A stretch of DNA of 64,000 nucleotides from Bryobacterales bacterium (GTDB taxonomy: Bacteria; Acidobacteriota; Terriglobia; Bryobacterales; UBA6623), in contig CBDBIU010000002.1 in the NCBI GenBank assembly GCA_965206025.1, positions 259,432 to 323,431 on the forward strand. Reading direction: 5' to 3'. The notes under the pieces were generated by a model. The model did no database searches. It saw only the letters and a list, made by a program, of their open reading frames with translations, and was not told the DNA's origin. Shown here one piece after another: positions 29,347 to 39,059 of this stretch; positions within the stretch are counted from its first letter, which is position 1; every line of letters begins with the position of its first letter. The position numbers and the translations under genes were made by a program.

Positions 29347-30406
29347 ATGCGACCGTGTTCTCTGCGCGACGATTCTGGCCCTTGTGTTCGTGGGCCTGAT
29401 TATGGTGTTTAGCGCCACCACCGGAAGGGCGGATGGGACGCTCAAATTCGGCGTCAAGCAGGTGGTGGCGGCATTGGTCGGGATCGGGGCCATGCGCGTG
29501 CTGATGTTCGCCGACTACCGCCGTTTTCGAAAACCGAAGATGATCATTTTGGCTCTCGGGGGCGTGGTCGCGCTGCTGGGCATGGTCTTGCTTGGAAGTG
29601 AGACCGCGGGGACGCTGCGATTCATCCAGCTGTGGATTTTTTCCATCCAGCCTTCGGAGCTGGCGAAATTGGCGCTGGTGCTCTTCCTGGCTTTCTTCTT
29701 GGAAAAGCGGGCCGATCGGCTGCATGAATGGCGCACGTTGGCGGCCGCCGCTTTCATGCTGACTTGTCTGTGCGCGCTTATTTTCGCGGGCCGTGACTTG
29801 GGAACGCCCATTTCCCTGCTTGTGATCGCCGCCGTGGTGCTCTGGACGGCGGGATTGAAGTTCCGCTACTTCATTGCGGCCGGCGTGCTGGCGGCGATCT
29901 TGGTCACGGTGGCTATTCGCGTTGAACCGTTTCGGAAAAACCGATGGTCCGCGTTCATGGATCCTGGTCTCGACCCCCAGGGGATCGGCTACCAGATTCG
30001 CCAATCCCAAATTGCGGTTGGCAGCGGCGGCCTTTTCGGGCAAGGCCTGATGAACGGAAAGCAGAAGATGAAGTTTCTGCCGGCGGCGCACACCGATTTT
30101 ATTTTCGCGGTGATCTGTGAAGAATTTGGGCTTCTCGGGGGGGCGCTGATCGTCGTTGGGTTTGGCGTCCTACTGTGGCGGGGGGTGTGGGTCGCTTTCA
30201 GAGCCCCTGATCGTTTTGGGTTCTATCTGGCGACGGGGATAACGGCCATGATTGTCTGTCAGGCAATGATGAATCTGGGTGTCGTGCTGGCGTTGTTGCC
30301 GACGAAGGGCATGCCGCTGCCTTTTATCAGCTATGGGGGCACATCGATGGTTACTTGTTTGACAGCTTCGGGAATCTTACTGAATGTCAGCCAGCGCGCT
30401 AGCTAG
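29330..30406 (+). CDS. ftsW: SEDS-family peptidoglycan polymerase / lipid II flippase FtsW
   Basis: 10-TM SEDS pattern, IQPSELAKLALVLFLA, PLPFISYGGTS. Start at ATG 29330 overlaps the murD end. Confidence 0.85.
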   Translation: MPRPLKCDRVLCATILALVFVGLIMVFSATTGRADGTLKFGVKQVVAALVGIGAMRVLMFADYRRFRKPKMIILALGGVVALLGMVLLGSETAGTLRFIQLWIFSIQPSELAKLALVLFLAFFLEKRADRLHEWRTLAAAAFMLTCLCALIFAGRDLGTPISLLVIAAVVLWTAGLKFRYFIAAGVLAAILVTVAIRVEPFRKNRWSAFMDPGLDPQGIGYQIRQSQIAVGSGGLFGQGLMNGKQKMKFLPAAHTDFIFAVICEEFGLLGGALIVVGFGVLLWRGVWVAFRAPDRFGFYLATGITAMIVCQAMMNLGVVLALLPTKGMPLPFISYGGTSMVTCLTASGILLNVSQRAS

Positions 30407-30626
30407 TGGACTGTCCCGGAGACGAGTTCACTATGGATTCGCAAGTGTCGGGATCGAGAGCCCGGCTCGATGTCGCCAGGAATGGCGACACGGCACGCAA
30501 GAATGCGTGCGCCACGTCGGCGGAGTGATTGGAAAGTCTTGTCTGGGACAGCTTCCCGGACCGGCCCCGGCGGTTCCGCGGGCGCTGTCGGGGCCGACGG
30601 CGAACGGCGCCGGCGGGCGGCCCACT

Positions 30627-31724
30627 ATGAAGCATGGAGCAACTTATTTGATCGCCGCGGGCGGCACGGGCGGGCACGTCTTCCCGGGGATCGAAGTGGC
30701 CCGCGAGTTGCGCCGCCGCGGCCATCAGGCAGTCTTTGTGGGTACCCGCCGGGGTCTGGAGAGCCGCGTGGCGCCGGAGTCGGGATTCCCGATCGAGTTC
30801 GTGCGGACGGACGCTCTCAAAGGAGTTTCGCTGGGACGGAGATTGCGAACTATTCTGCGCATGCCCGGCACTCTGGTCGAGGCGGCCTCAATTGTCGACC
30901 GGCACGGGCCCGCCGCGGTGTTGAGCTTGGGAGGGTATGCGGCCGGGCCGCTGGCGCTGATGGCGCTCATGCGCGATGTCCCGCTCATCGTCCTCGAGCC
31001 GAACGCTCGGCCGGGCCTATCCAATCGCCTGGTGGGGCCGTTCGCCGCTTGGTCGCTGTTGGGATTGCCGGGTGGGGAAAGCTACTTTGCGCGGAAGCGG
31101 TGTGAGTTTAGCGGCATCCCCATCCGCGAGGAGTTTTTCGGACTGCCGCCGAAAGCGCATCGCCCGCCCATGACGCTTCTGATTACCGGGGGCAGCCAAG
31201 GAAGCCGAAGCCTGAATCGCGCGCTGATCGAGGCGCTCCCGCTGTGGGATCGGCAGCGGCGGCTGGGCGGGATGCGCTTTCTCCATCAGACCGGTTTGAG
31301 CGAATATGAAAAGGTCCGCTCCGCGTACCAATCGCAAGGAGCGAACGCGCGAGTGGAAACCTTTTTTGACGACATGCCCGCTGCCTTCGGGCAAGCGGAT
31401 CTGCTGGTTTGCCGTGCGGGAGCCTCGGCCGTCGCCGAAGCCGGCGCGGCCGGAAAGGCTTCCATCCTGGTTCCGCACCCGTTCGCCGCCGACGAGCACC
31501 AGCTTCTCAATGCGCGGGCCGCGGAGCGGGCCGGCGCCGCGCGAGTGGTTTTAGACCGAGATCTCACGGGTCCCCGCCTAGTCGAAGAGGTCGACCGCCT
31601 AGCGGATGATCCCGATCGACTACGCCGGCTCGAGCGGGCCGCGCGCCGGCTGGCGACGCCCGGCGCGGCGCGGAAAATCGCGGACCGGCTTGAGGCGCAG
31701 AGCAGAGATCGGCGTAGAGACTGA
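30627..31724 (+). CDS. murG: UDP-N-acetylglucosamine--N-acetylmuramyl-(pentapeptide) pyrophosphoryl-undecaprenol GlcNAc transferase
   Basis: LIAAGGTGGHVFPGIEVAREL, TGGSQGSRSLN. Start taken at MKHGATY rather than the ORF-track start at 30384. Confidence 0.9.
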   Translation: MKHGATYLIAAGGTGGHVFPGIEVARELRRRGHQAVFVGTRRGLESRVAPESGFPIEFVRTDALKGVSLGRRLRTILRMPGTLVEAASIVDRHGPAAVLSLGGYAAGPLALMALMRDVPLIVLEPNARPGLSNRLVGPFAAWSLLGLPGGESYFARKRCEFSGIPIREEFFGLPPKAHRPPMTLLITGGSQGSRSLNRALIEALPLWDRQRRLGGMRFLHQTGLSEYEKVRSAYQSQGANARVETFFDDMPAAFGQADLLVCRAGASAVAEAGAAGKASILVPHPFAADEHQLLNARAAERAGAARVVLDRDLTGPRLVEEVDRLADDPDRLRRLERAARRLATPGAARKIADRLEAQSRDRRRD

Positions 31725-33137
31725 ATGCTTTTTAAGGAACCCATCGTTAAACACCGCCGCATCCACTTCGTGGGGATCGGCGGCATCGGCATGAGCGGCA
31801 TCGCCGAGATCCTGTTGAACCTCGGTTACGCAATCAGCGGTTCCGACCTCAAGAAATCTTCTTTGACGGATCACTTGGCCGCCATGGGGGCGCGAATCTT
31901 CGAGGGTCATGCGGCTGAAAACGTGAAGGGCGCCGACGCCGTGGTTGTCAGCTCAGCCATCCCGCGCGGTAATCCCGAGTTGGCGGCCGCAGGTGAACGC
32001 CAAATCCCCGTGATTTCACGCGGCGAGCTGTTGGCCGAGCTGATGCGCTTGAAATACGGAATCGCCATCGCCGGCAGCCACGGCAAGACCACGACGGCAT
32101 CCATGACAGCCGCCGTCCTGTACGCGGCCGAGAAAGACCCGACCGTTGTCGTGGGCGGACGCGTGGCCTCGATGGGATCAAACGCCCGCCTCGGCAACAG
32201 CGACTTCCTGCTGGTCGAAGCCGACGAAAGCGATGGGTCGTTCCTTCAACTGACGCCGATCGTGGCGCTGGTGACCTCGATCGACCGCGAGCATCTCGAC
32301 CACTACAGCTCGTTTGAAGCCGTGCAGGATGCTTTCGTCGAATTCGCCAACAAGGTTCCCTTCTATGGGTCGGCGATTGTGGCCATTGACGATCCCGGCG
32401 CTCGACGGATTCTGCCTCGCATTCGCCGCCGGGTAAGGACCTACGGATTTGCCGCGGACGCTGACTTGATCGCCTCCCGAGTGGAATGTGGCCACATGCG
32501 GAGCCGTTTCGAGCTGTCCTATCGGGGGCGAGAGCTGGGCAAGTTTAGTGTCCGAGGCGTCGGGGAGCACAACGTCCTCAACGCGACGGGCGCGGCGCTG
32601 GTGGGCCTGGAGTTGGAAATCTCGATGGATCGCATTCGCCTCGGGTTGGAATCTTTCAGCGGAGTCGAACGCCGCTTCCAAGTTCGCGGTGAACGGGGCG
32701 GCGTCACCGTCATCGACGACTACGGGCACCATCCCACCGAGATCGCCGCCACGTTGTCGGCGGCGCGCCACTGTGATTTCAAGCGCATTCACGTGGTTTT
32801 TCAGCCTCACCGCTACAGCCGCACCCAACTGCTTGCCGAGGATTTCGGCACCTGCTTTGGGGATTGCGACAGCCTGCACGTCGTGGACATCTATCCGGCT
32901 GGGGAGCCGCCCATTCCCGGCGTAAGCGCGGAGAAACTCGTCGAGCGAATCCGGGCCTCCGGCCACCCCGCCGCCGAGTACGTTCCCTCCCTGGAAGAGG
33001 CCGCCGAAAAGGCGGTGGCGGGCGCCCGGAGCGGCGACGCCGTTCTCACCCTTGGGGCAGGCAGCATTTCACAGGTCGCCGAGAAAATTGTGAGTCGTCT
33101 GGAATCCCGCGCGACGGGAGTCATCACGACGCGTTGA
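31725..33137 (+). CDS. murC: UDP-N-acetylmuramate--L-alanine ligase
   Basis: IHFVGIGGIGMSGIAEILLNLGY, AGSHGKTTTASM. Confidence 0.9.
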   Translation: MLFKEPIVKHRRIHFVGIGGIGMSGIAEILLNLGYAISGSDLKKSSLTDHLAAMGARIFEGHAAENVKGADAVVVSSAIPRGNPELAAAGERQIPVISRGELLAELMRLKYGIAIAGSHGKTTTASMTAAVLYAAEKDPTVVVGGRVASMGSNARLGNSDFLLVEADESDGSFLQLTPIVALVTSIDREHLDHYSSFEAVQDAFVEFANKVPFYGSAIVAIDDPGARRILPRIRRRVRTYGFAADADLIASRVECGHMRSRFELSYRGRELGKFSVRGVGEHNVLNATGAALVGLELEISMDRIRLGLESFSGVERRFQVRGERGGVTVIDDYGHHPTEIAATLSAARHCDFKRIHVVFQPHRYSRTQLLAEDFGTCFGDCDSLHVVDIYPAGEPPIPGVSAEKLVERIRASGHPAAEYVPSLEEAAEKAVAGARSGDAVLTLGAGSISQVAEKIVSRLESRATGVITTR

Positions 33138-33157
33138 GCGCGCCGCTGGTCGAAAAC

Positions 33158-34018
33158 ATGGCCCGAAGAGGAAAGACAACCGAACGAGACAAGGACGGCG
33201 CCCGGGGGCCTTACCTTCGCCGCAGATCGCCGGTACGCGTCCGAAGGGATCTGCTCGGCGTCCGGCGGCCCTGGACACGGGGGTTCCTGCTGTCGCTCGG
33301 GGCGATCGTCTTGGGTCTTTCGGCGGCCTACGCGATGGACTCCTATCTGCGTTTCAACGCCGCTTTCGTCTTCGCCGAGGATGGCGCGGGACTCCGTGTA
33401 ACGGGGTTGCGCTTTCTCCCCGAGCGCGGCGTCGAGGAGGTCTTTGAGCCCGACCGGGGAGACAGTATTCTCGAAGTTCCGCTCGATGAACGCGCCCGGC
33501 AACTTGAGGATCTCAGTTGGGTCGAGCGGGCGGCCGTTCTGAGGGTGTGGCCCGATCGGATATGGGTCCGCATCCGGGAACGAAAGCCGGTTGCCTTTGT
33601 TCGCTCCCAGGAGGCTTCCGGCCCCCGCGCTCAACCCAGGCTGATTGATCGCTACGGCGTATTTCTCGACCCGCCCGCGGGCCCGGAGTTCTCGCTTCCC
33701 GTGGTCACGGGAATCAGCGAATACATGTCGTTGCCGAACCGCCTACAGCGTATCGTCCTGTTCGAGTCCTTGGTGGCCGATCTCGACAGCAAGGAGCCGC
33801 GATACAGCTCCTTTGTTTCCGAGGCGGATGTGAGCGATCCCCAAAACGCGCGGGTGACGACGATTCATGAGGGAGATGTCATTGAGCTGCGGATGGGACG
33901 GCGGCTCTTCAGACATCGCTGGGAAGTCTTTCTCAGATACGTCGAAACCTGGAAGAAACAATACGGTCGCGTGAATTCCGTCGACCTGCGATACCGAGGA
34001 CAGGTAGCCGTTCGCTAG
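33158..34018 (+). CDS. ftsQ: Cell division protein FtsQ (POTRA domain)
   Basis: Basic N-terminus, TM segment LLSLGAIVLGLSAAY, POTRA-like ...WVERAAVLRVWPDRIWVRIRERKPVAFV. Sits before ftsA. Confidence 0.8.
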   Translation: MARRGKTTERDKDGARGPYLRRRSPVRVRRDLLGVRRPWTRGFLLSLGAIVLGLSAAYAMDSYLRFNAAFVFAEDGAGLRVTGLRFLPERGVEEVFEPDRGDSILEVPLDERARQLEDLSWVERAAVLRVWPDRIWVRIRERKPVAFVRSQEASGPRAQPRLIDRYGVFLDPPAGPEFSLPVVTGISEYMSLPNRLQRIVLFESLVADLDSKEPRYSSFVSEADVSDPQNARVTTIHEGDVIELRMGRRLFRHRWEVFLRYVETWKKQYGRVNSVDLRYRGQVAVR

Positions 34019-34022
34019 CGCC

Positions 34023-35228
34023 ATGCCCAAAAGACACGACTACCTGGTGGGCCTCGACCTGGGCAGCCACCGCACGCGCTGTTTCGTGGCCCTGGAAGAG
34101 CAGACCCGGCTGCGTTTTATCAGCCACGGTTCCGCTCCTTCGGCCGGCTGGAATCGCGGGGTGATCGCCGACCAGGACCCGGTGCTGTCGTCGGTGGAAG
34201 AGGCACTCCAAACGGCGGAAGAGAACGGCGGCATGCTGATCGAAGCCGCCGTCGTCGGGATCGGCGGGCCGCATATCGCCAGCAATGTCAGCCACACTTA
34301 TCTGAACCTGCCCGCCGACGAAAGCGAGATCCGGCAGGATCATGTCGACGTGATTGTGAAGGACGCGGGTCACGCAGCGGTGAGGGACGATCGCACGGTC
34401 GTTCAACTCATACCGCTCGAGTTCGCTGTCGATCGCCAGCCGGGACTCAGGAATCCGTTGGGGATGCCCGGGCGAAGGCTCGACGCGCACGTGCAGGTGA
34501 TCTCGGCCCTTGCCCAGGCTCACAACAACATCCGAGCCGTGGTCAACCGGGCCGGCCTGGTCGTCCAGGAAACGGTCTTCGAGCCTTTCGCTTCCGCCTA
34601 TGCGGTGTTGGAGGAACAGGAGCGGGAGATGGGGGTGGCGGTCGTCGATATGGGCGCGGGTTCTCTCGACGTGGCCGTCTATGTCGAGAACCAGCTTCGC
34701 GTGGCTAGCTCGATCCCCATCGGGGGCGAACACTTTGTCAATGACGTGGCGAGCATCCTGCTGACTTCCTCCACCGAAGCGCGACGGCTGATCGAGCAGT
34801 ACGGCTGCGCGTTGGCCGACCAAACGCCCGAGAACGTGATGATCGAAGTCCCCGCTGTCTCCGACGGCTCTTCCCGATCGAAGCCGCGAAGACTGCTCAA
34901 CGAAGTGCTTCAGGCTCGGGCTGAGGAGGCGTTTGGATTGGTTCGACAGCATCTGCGTCGAGCGGGCGTGGAAAGCCGGCTCATTGCCGGCGTTGTTTTG
35001 ACCGGCGCGCTGGCCTGCATGGCCGGATCTTGCGACGTCGCCGAAAACGTGCTCGACGCCACGACGCGGATCGGACTTCCACCCCGTTTGGAGTACATGC
35101 CCGAGGAGCTCGACGATCCTAGCTGGACGACGGCGATCGGACTGGCTCTTTACGCGCAGCGGCTTCGGCTGCACCGGCAGAGACGGCGGGACCGGGTGAC
35201 CGAGTGGCTGAAAACCATCCTTGAGTAG
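34023..35228 (+). CDS. ftsA: Cell division protein FtsA
   Basis: Actin-fold LVGLDLGSHRTRCFV, VVDMGAGSLDVAVY. Confidence 0.9.
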   Translation: MPKRHDYLVGLDLGSHRTRCFVALEEQTRLRFISHGSAPSAGWNRGVIADQDPVLSSVEEALQTAEENGGMLIEAAVVGIGGPHIASNVSHTYLNLPADESEIRQDHVDVIVKDAGHAAVRDDRTVVQLIPLEFAVDRQPGLRNPLGMPGRRLDAHVQVISALAQAHNNIRAVVNRAGLVVQETVFEPFASAYAVLEEQEREMGVAVVDMGAGSLDVAVYVENQLRVASSIPIGGEHFVNDVASILLTSSTEARRLIEQYGCALADQTPENVMIEVPAVSDGSSRSKPRRLLNEVLQARAEEAFGLVRQHLRRAGVESRLIAGVVLTGALACMAGSCDVAENVLDATTRIGLPPRLEYMPEELDDPSWTTAIGLALYAQRLRLHRQRRRDRVTEWLKTILE

Positions 35229-35403
35229 TGGGCGAACAGCCGCGGCCGTGACGGACGCAACCTGAGATGACGATTCACGTAAAATGGGGGGATTCGGGAG
35301 TAGCCGAAGCTTGCCCGCCAGGATCAAGGCTTGCGTTTGCGCCCGTCTCGCAATGCTGGTTTGTCGACCCGTTGGACCAACAGCTTTGGCCAGGAGATAG
35401 CCT

Positions 35404-36639
35404 ATGGGAAACGATGGCGTAAAGTTCACTTTTGACGACGACACGCGCACCAATGCGCGCATCAAAGTCATCGGCGTGGGCGGCGCCGGATGTAACGCCG
35501 TCAATCGCATGATCGAAGCCGGCGTGGAGGGGGTGACTTTCGCCGCCATCAACACCGACGAGCAGGCGCTGCGCGTCTCGCAGGCGCAGGTCAAGCTGCA
35601 GATCGGATCGCGGCTCACCAATGGCCGCGGCGCCGGTTCCGATCCCGACATCGGCCGCGAGGCCGCTCTCGAAGACACCGAGCGGCTGATCGAACTGCTC
35701 GGAGAGTCCGACATGGTTTTCGTGACGGCGGGCCTGGGCGGGGGAACGGGGACCGGGGCCGCGCCGATCGTCGCCTCGCTGGCCAACGAACTCGGCGCGC
35801 TGACTGTGGCGGTGGTTACGAAGCCGTTTTCCTTCGAGGGCGGCAAGCGCATGGCTATCGCCGACAAAGGGTTGGCCGAGTTGGCCGAGACCGTGGATAC
35901 CGTCGTCACCATTCCTAACGAGCGTTTGATCGAGGTTGTCGAACGCGGCACGAGCTTTTTTGAATCCTTCCACATCGCGGACGACATTCTGCGCCAGGCG
36001 GTACAGGGTATCAGCGACATTATCACCATCCCGGGGATTATCAATCGAGACTTCGCGGACATCCGCACGATTATGCATGGCATGGGTTACGCTGTCATGG
36101 GAACGGCGGTCTCGGGCGGCAACGCCGCCGCGGTCGAAGCCGCGCGCAAGGCCGTTTCCAGCCCGTTGCTGCAAGACACCAGCATTGAAGGTGCGCGAGG
36201 CATCCTCATCAACATCACCGGCTCTTCCAAAATCTCGCTGCACGAGGTTCACGAAGCGTCTACGATTATTCAACGCGCCGCGGATCCGGAAGCCAATATT
36301 ATTTTTGGAGCCGTCCTCAATGATTCGATGGGCGAGGAGGTGAAAATCACCGTGATCGCCACTGGTTTCCGCAGCGAGAGCCTGGGGATCAGCAAGAAGA
36401 TGTCGGATGCCGCCGCGGCGTCGGCAGCGGAGTTGCGGCCGACGCTAAAAGAGGCCGCGGCCAACGTGCAGCGTGAGGCGCCCGACGCGGATCAGGAGGC
36501 GGAAGAGGCCGCAAGCGGCATCGCCGCCGAGCTGGACGAAGCGGAGCCGGATCCCCCGGGGGCCATCCCGCAGCCCGCCGACCCAAACGATTTGGACGTT
36601 CCCGCCATCTTGCGCCGGCGTACCGAACAGCCGCGGTAG
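35404..36639 (+). CDS. ftsZ: Cell division GTPase FtsZ
   Basis: [17 protein letters not shown], tubulin signature [13 protein letters not shown]-terminal [10 protein letters not shown] peptide. Confidence 0.95.
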   Translation: MGNDGVKFTFDDDTRTNARIKVIGVGGAGCNAVNRMIEAGVEGVTFAAINTDEQALRVSQAQVKLQIGSRLTNGRGAGSDPDIGREAALEDTERLIELLGESDMVFVTAGLGGGTGTGAAPIVASLANELGALTVAVVTKPFSFEGGKRMAIADKGLAELAETVDTVVTIPNERLIEVVERGTSFFESFHIADDILRQAVQGISDIITIPGIINRDFADIRTIMHGMGYAVMGTAVSGGNAAAVEAARKAVSSPLLQDTSIEGARGILINITGSSKISLHEVHEASTIIQRAADPEANIIFGAVLNDSMGEEVKITVIATGFRSESLGISKKMSDAAAASAAELRPTLKEAAANVQREAPDADQEAEEAASGIAAELDEAEPDPPGAIPQPADPNDLDVPAILRRRTEQPR

Positions 36640-36891
36640 CCGAACCCCAGAAGAAAGGAATGGCTTCGAAAGCGGTGACCTAGCGCGGCATCTTTGCTCT
36701 CTCCGCTAGCATGCTCGCGCGCTTGTCGGACAGGCTCGCGGCGGAATGGCATCATCCCATGGGCCAAGAAAAAAGCCCGCGAAACCTTGCCTCTGCCAAA
36801 AGGCTCCTTTAAGATGGTATTGTTTTCTAGGCTGAAGGCCGCGGCGCCGATCGGTTCGCCCCCAAGCGGCTTGCCCGACTCCCTCGCCCAG

Positions 36892-38718
36892 ATGAGATCC
36901 ATGATTCCTAGCGTGAAGAAGAAGTTTTCCCTGATTTTGACTGCCGTTGTCCTGTCGGCCATGGGGTCTTGCGACATAGGAGAGCCCGCCAAGGAGGTCT
37001 TTCCCGTACTGGCCGGACCTTTCGTTTATGACTCGCTGGCCATGTCGCCGATCCTTGCCACCTCCGTCGGCTACCACGTGCACGTCGAGGGGGCCGACGA
37101 GGAAGGCAAGGGCGGCACGGAAATTAAGCTCGACGGGCTTTTGGACGACTATTCCCCGGCTGCTATCGCCAAGCGCGTTAACTTCTACAAGCAATTCCGC
37201 AAGAATCTCCGGCAGGTGAACCGCGACGAGCTCAACGGTGATGAGTGGGCCGATTACGCCGTCATCGAGAACCACATCGGCAGCGAGCTGCTCGAGCTGG
37301 AAAAAATCCGCAGCTACGAGCACAACCCCACCCTCTACGTCGAACTTCTTGGCATGGCTCTTTACCGGCCATTGGTGCACGAGTACGCGTCCAAGGAGGA
37401 GCGTTACCGGCACATCCTGGCTCGGCTCGAAAAGACCCCGGCGTTCCTCGATCAAGCCAAGGAAAACCTGCGCTCTTCGCCGGAGGTTTGGACGACCGTC
37501 GCCCGGGAAGAGAACCAGGGCAATATCAACCTGGTGGAGAAGGTCATCCCCGTCAGTCTTCCCGTTTCGTTGCGCGCCGACTACAGCGCCGTCTCGAAAA
37601 AGGCGCTCTCGGCGCTGCGGGATTTCGATCGCTTCCTGGCGGACGAGCTAGCGCTCCGCACTGGCTATGACTGGCGGTTGCCCCCGGATCTTTACGCCGA
37701 GAAGTTCAAGGTCCGGCTGACGACAACCAAATCGCCGGAAACCGTACTCTCGGAGGCGGAACAGAAATTCAAGAGCGTACGCAGCGATATGATCGACGTG
37801 GCGAGAGGCATCCACAAGGAAATCTACGGCAACCAGCGTCCACCGACGGAGCGGGCTTTGATGGCGGACGTGCTCGACGTCGTGCAAGACGAGAACCGGC
37901 TCAGACGCGGGGACCAGATAATCGGCCAAATCAAAAAGGACCTGGCCGAGTTGCGGTCATTCACGAATGAAGCCAGTCTGTCGCCTCTGCCGTCCGGGGA
38001 AAACCTGCAGATTGTTGAAACCCCCGAGTTCATGAGGGGCGTGTATTCGGTGGCCGGCCTCATGGGGGCCCCCCCTCTACATCCCCAACTTGGCGTCTTC
38101 TATTGGGTGACGCCGATTCCCTCCGACTGGTCCCGCTCCCGAGTCAATTCCAAGCTTCGCGAATACAACCTGTTCGCTTTGAAGCTGCTCAGTGCCCACG
38201 AAGCGATACCCGGCCACTACACGCAGCTCGAGTGGGCCAACCGGATCGAACCCGAGTCGAGACGCCTTTTGCGCGTCGCCTACGCCAACGATTCCTACGT
38301 CGAAGGCTGGGCGACTTACGTGACCGAAATGCTCATGGATAACGGCTATCAGAGCGACAGCAACGAGTTAAAGCTGGTCTGGTACAAGCACCTGCTCCGC
38401 GTGATCGCCAACGCCATCCTCGACATTCGCCTGCACACCAAGAACATGTCCGACGATGAAGCGCTCGAACTGTTGCGCAGACAGGCGTTTCAGGAGGCCG
38501 AGGAAGCTCGCGGCAAGCTGTTGCGCGCTAAGCTGACCTCGGCGCAGCTTCCCCTCTACTACGTCGGCTGGAGGGACTGGCTGCGAGTACGGGACCATTA
38601 CCAGGAGGAGACACAAGACTTCCGGCTGGTATCGTTTCACGACAAGGCTCTCTCCCAAGGCCCGGTGCCGCTCCCCGAGTTGGGTTACTTAGTCGCCAAT
38701 AGGCCGATGCCGAAGTGA
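36892..38718 (+). CDS. DUF885-family lipoprotein
   Basis: Lipobox-like LSAMGSC after MRSMIPSVKKKFSLILTAVV. The HEAIPGHYTQ motif is characteristic of DUF885. Confidence 0.7.
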   Translation: MRSMIPSVKKKFSLILTAVVLSAMGSCDIGEPAKEVFPVLAGPFVYDSLAMSPILATSVGYHVHVEGADEEGKGGTEIKLDGLLDDYSPAAIAKRVNFYKQFRKNLRQVNRDELNGDEWADYAVIENHIGSELLELEKIRSYEHNPTLYVELLGMALYRPLVHEYASKEERYRHILARLEKTPAFLDQAKENLRSSPEVWTTVAREENQGNINLVEKVIPVSLPVSLRADYSAVSKKALSALRDFDRFLADELALRTGYDWRLPPDLYAEKFKVRLTTTKSPETVLSEAEQKFKSVRSDMIDVARGIHKEIYGNQRPPTERALMADVLDVVQDENRLRRGDQIIGQIKKDLAELRSFTNEASLSPLPSGENLQIVETPEFMRGVYSVAGLMGAPPLHPQLGVFYWVTPIPSDWSRSRVNSKLREYNLFALKLLSAHEAIPGHYTQLEWANRIEPESRRLLRVAYANDSYVEGWATYVTEMLMDNGYQSDSNELKLVWYKHLLRVIANAILDIRLHTKNMSDDEALELLRRQAFQEAEEARGKLLRAKLTSAQLPLYYVGWRDWLRVRDHYQEETQDFRLVSFHDKALSQGPVPLPELGYLVANRPMPK

Positions 38719-38825
38719 ACTTGACCCCCGACCCCACCCCTCCGGTGGACGTCGCCGCCCCACAATTAAGCAGAACCGGCGGGGCCGGGCGCCCTGAGCC
38801 GGACTCCAGATATTCTCAAGTGGAT

Positions 38826-38856
38826 TAGCCTCGCCAGGCGGCGAGAAAAGCGGGCT
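38826..38856. repeat. Degenerate mini copy of the MITE-like TIR pair
   Basis: TAGCC-TCGCC-AGGC-GGCGAGAAAAGCGGGCT resembles the 8847 hairpin with an internal deletion. Confidence 0.4.
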
Positions 38857-38865
38857 GGCGCCAGT

Positions 38866-39057
38866 TCACGAGGAGGCGGCTCGGTCCTTCTTTCTGACGC
38901 CCCACCAGGTCGCGAAAACAAACCAGATCACCGAGCCGGCCAGGAAAGCGTCCTGGTAGGTCTCGACGTCGATGCGGCTGAAGAAATAGAGGATCGGTGC
39001 GACAATACAGGCGGCCATACCGCCACAAGCTATGATCAACAGCAAGGCTCTCAGCAT
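38866..39057 (-). CDS. Hypothetical small 2-TM membrane protein
   Basis: 63-aa hydrophobic ORF. Starts 2 nt after the end of the decayed permease reading frame. Confidence 0.4.
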   Translation of the reverse strand: MLRALLLIIACGGMAACIVAPILYFFSRIDVETYQDAFLAGSVIWFVFATWWGVRKKDRAASS

Positions 39058-39059
39058 CG

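Noticed and set aside
30384-30626. N-terminal 81-aa extension of MurG from the ORF-track start.
   Set aside because: Its composition is unlike protein, and the conserved MurG N-terminus (LIAAGGTGGHVFP) begins right after the ATG at 30627. It is treated as a spacer (see finding).
33933-36083. 716-aa minus-strand ORF across ftsQ/ftsA/ftsZ. Similar long antisense ORFs occur at 6049-7671, 25781-26680, 41571-42905, 52119-53267 and 58898-59416.
   Set aside because: They lie opposite genes with unmistakable family motifs. Their Arg/Ala/Pro/Ser-rich low-complexity translations are typical of stop-poor shadow frames in GC-rich DNA.
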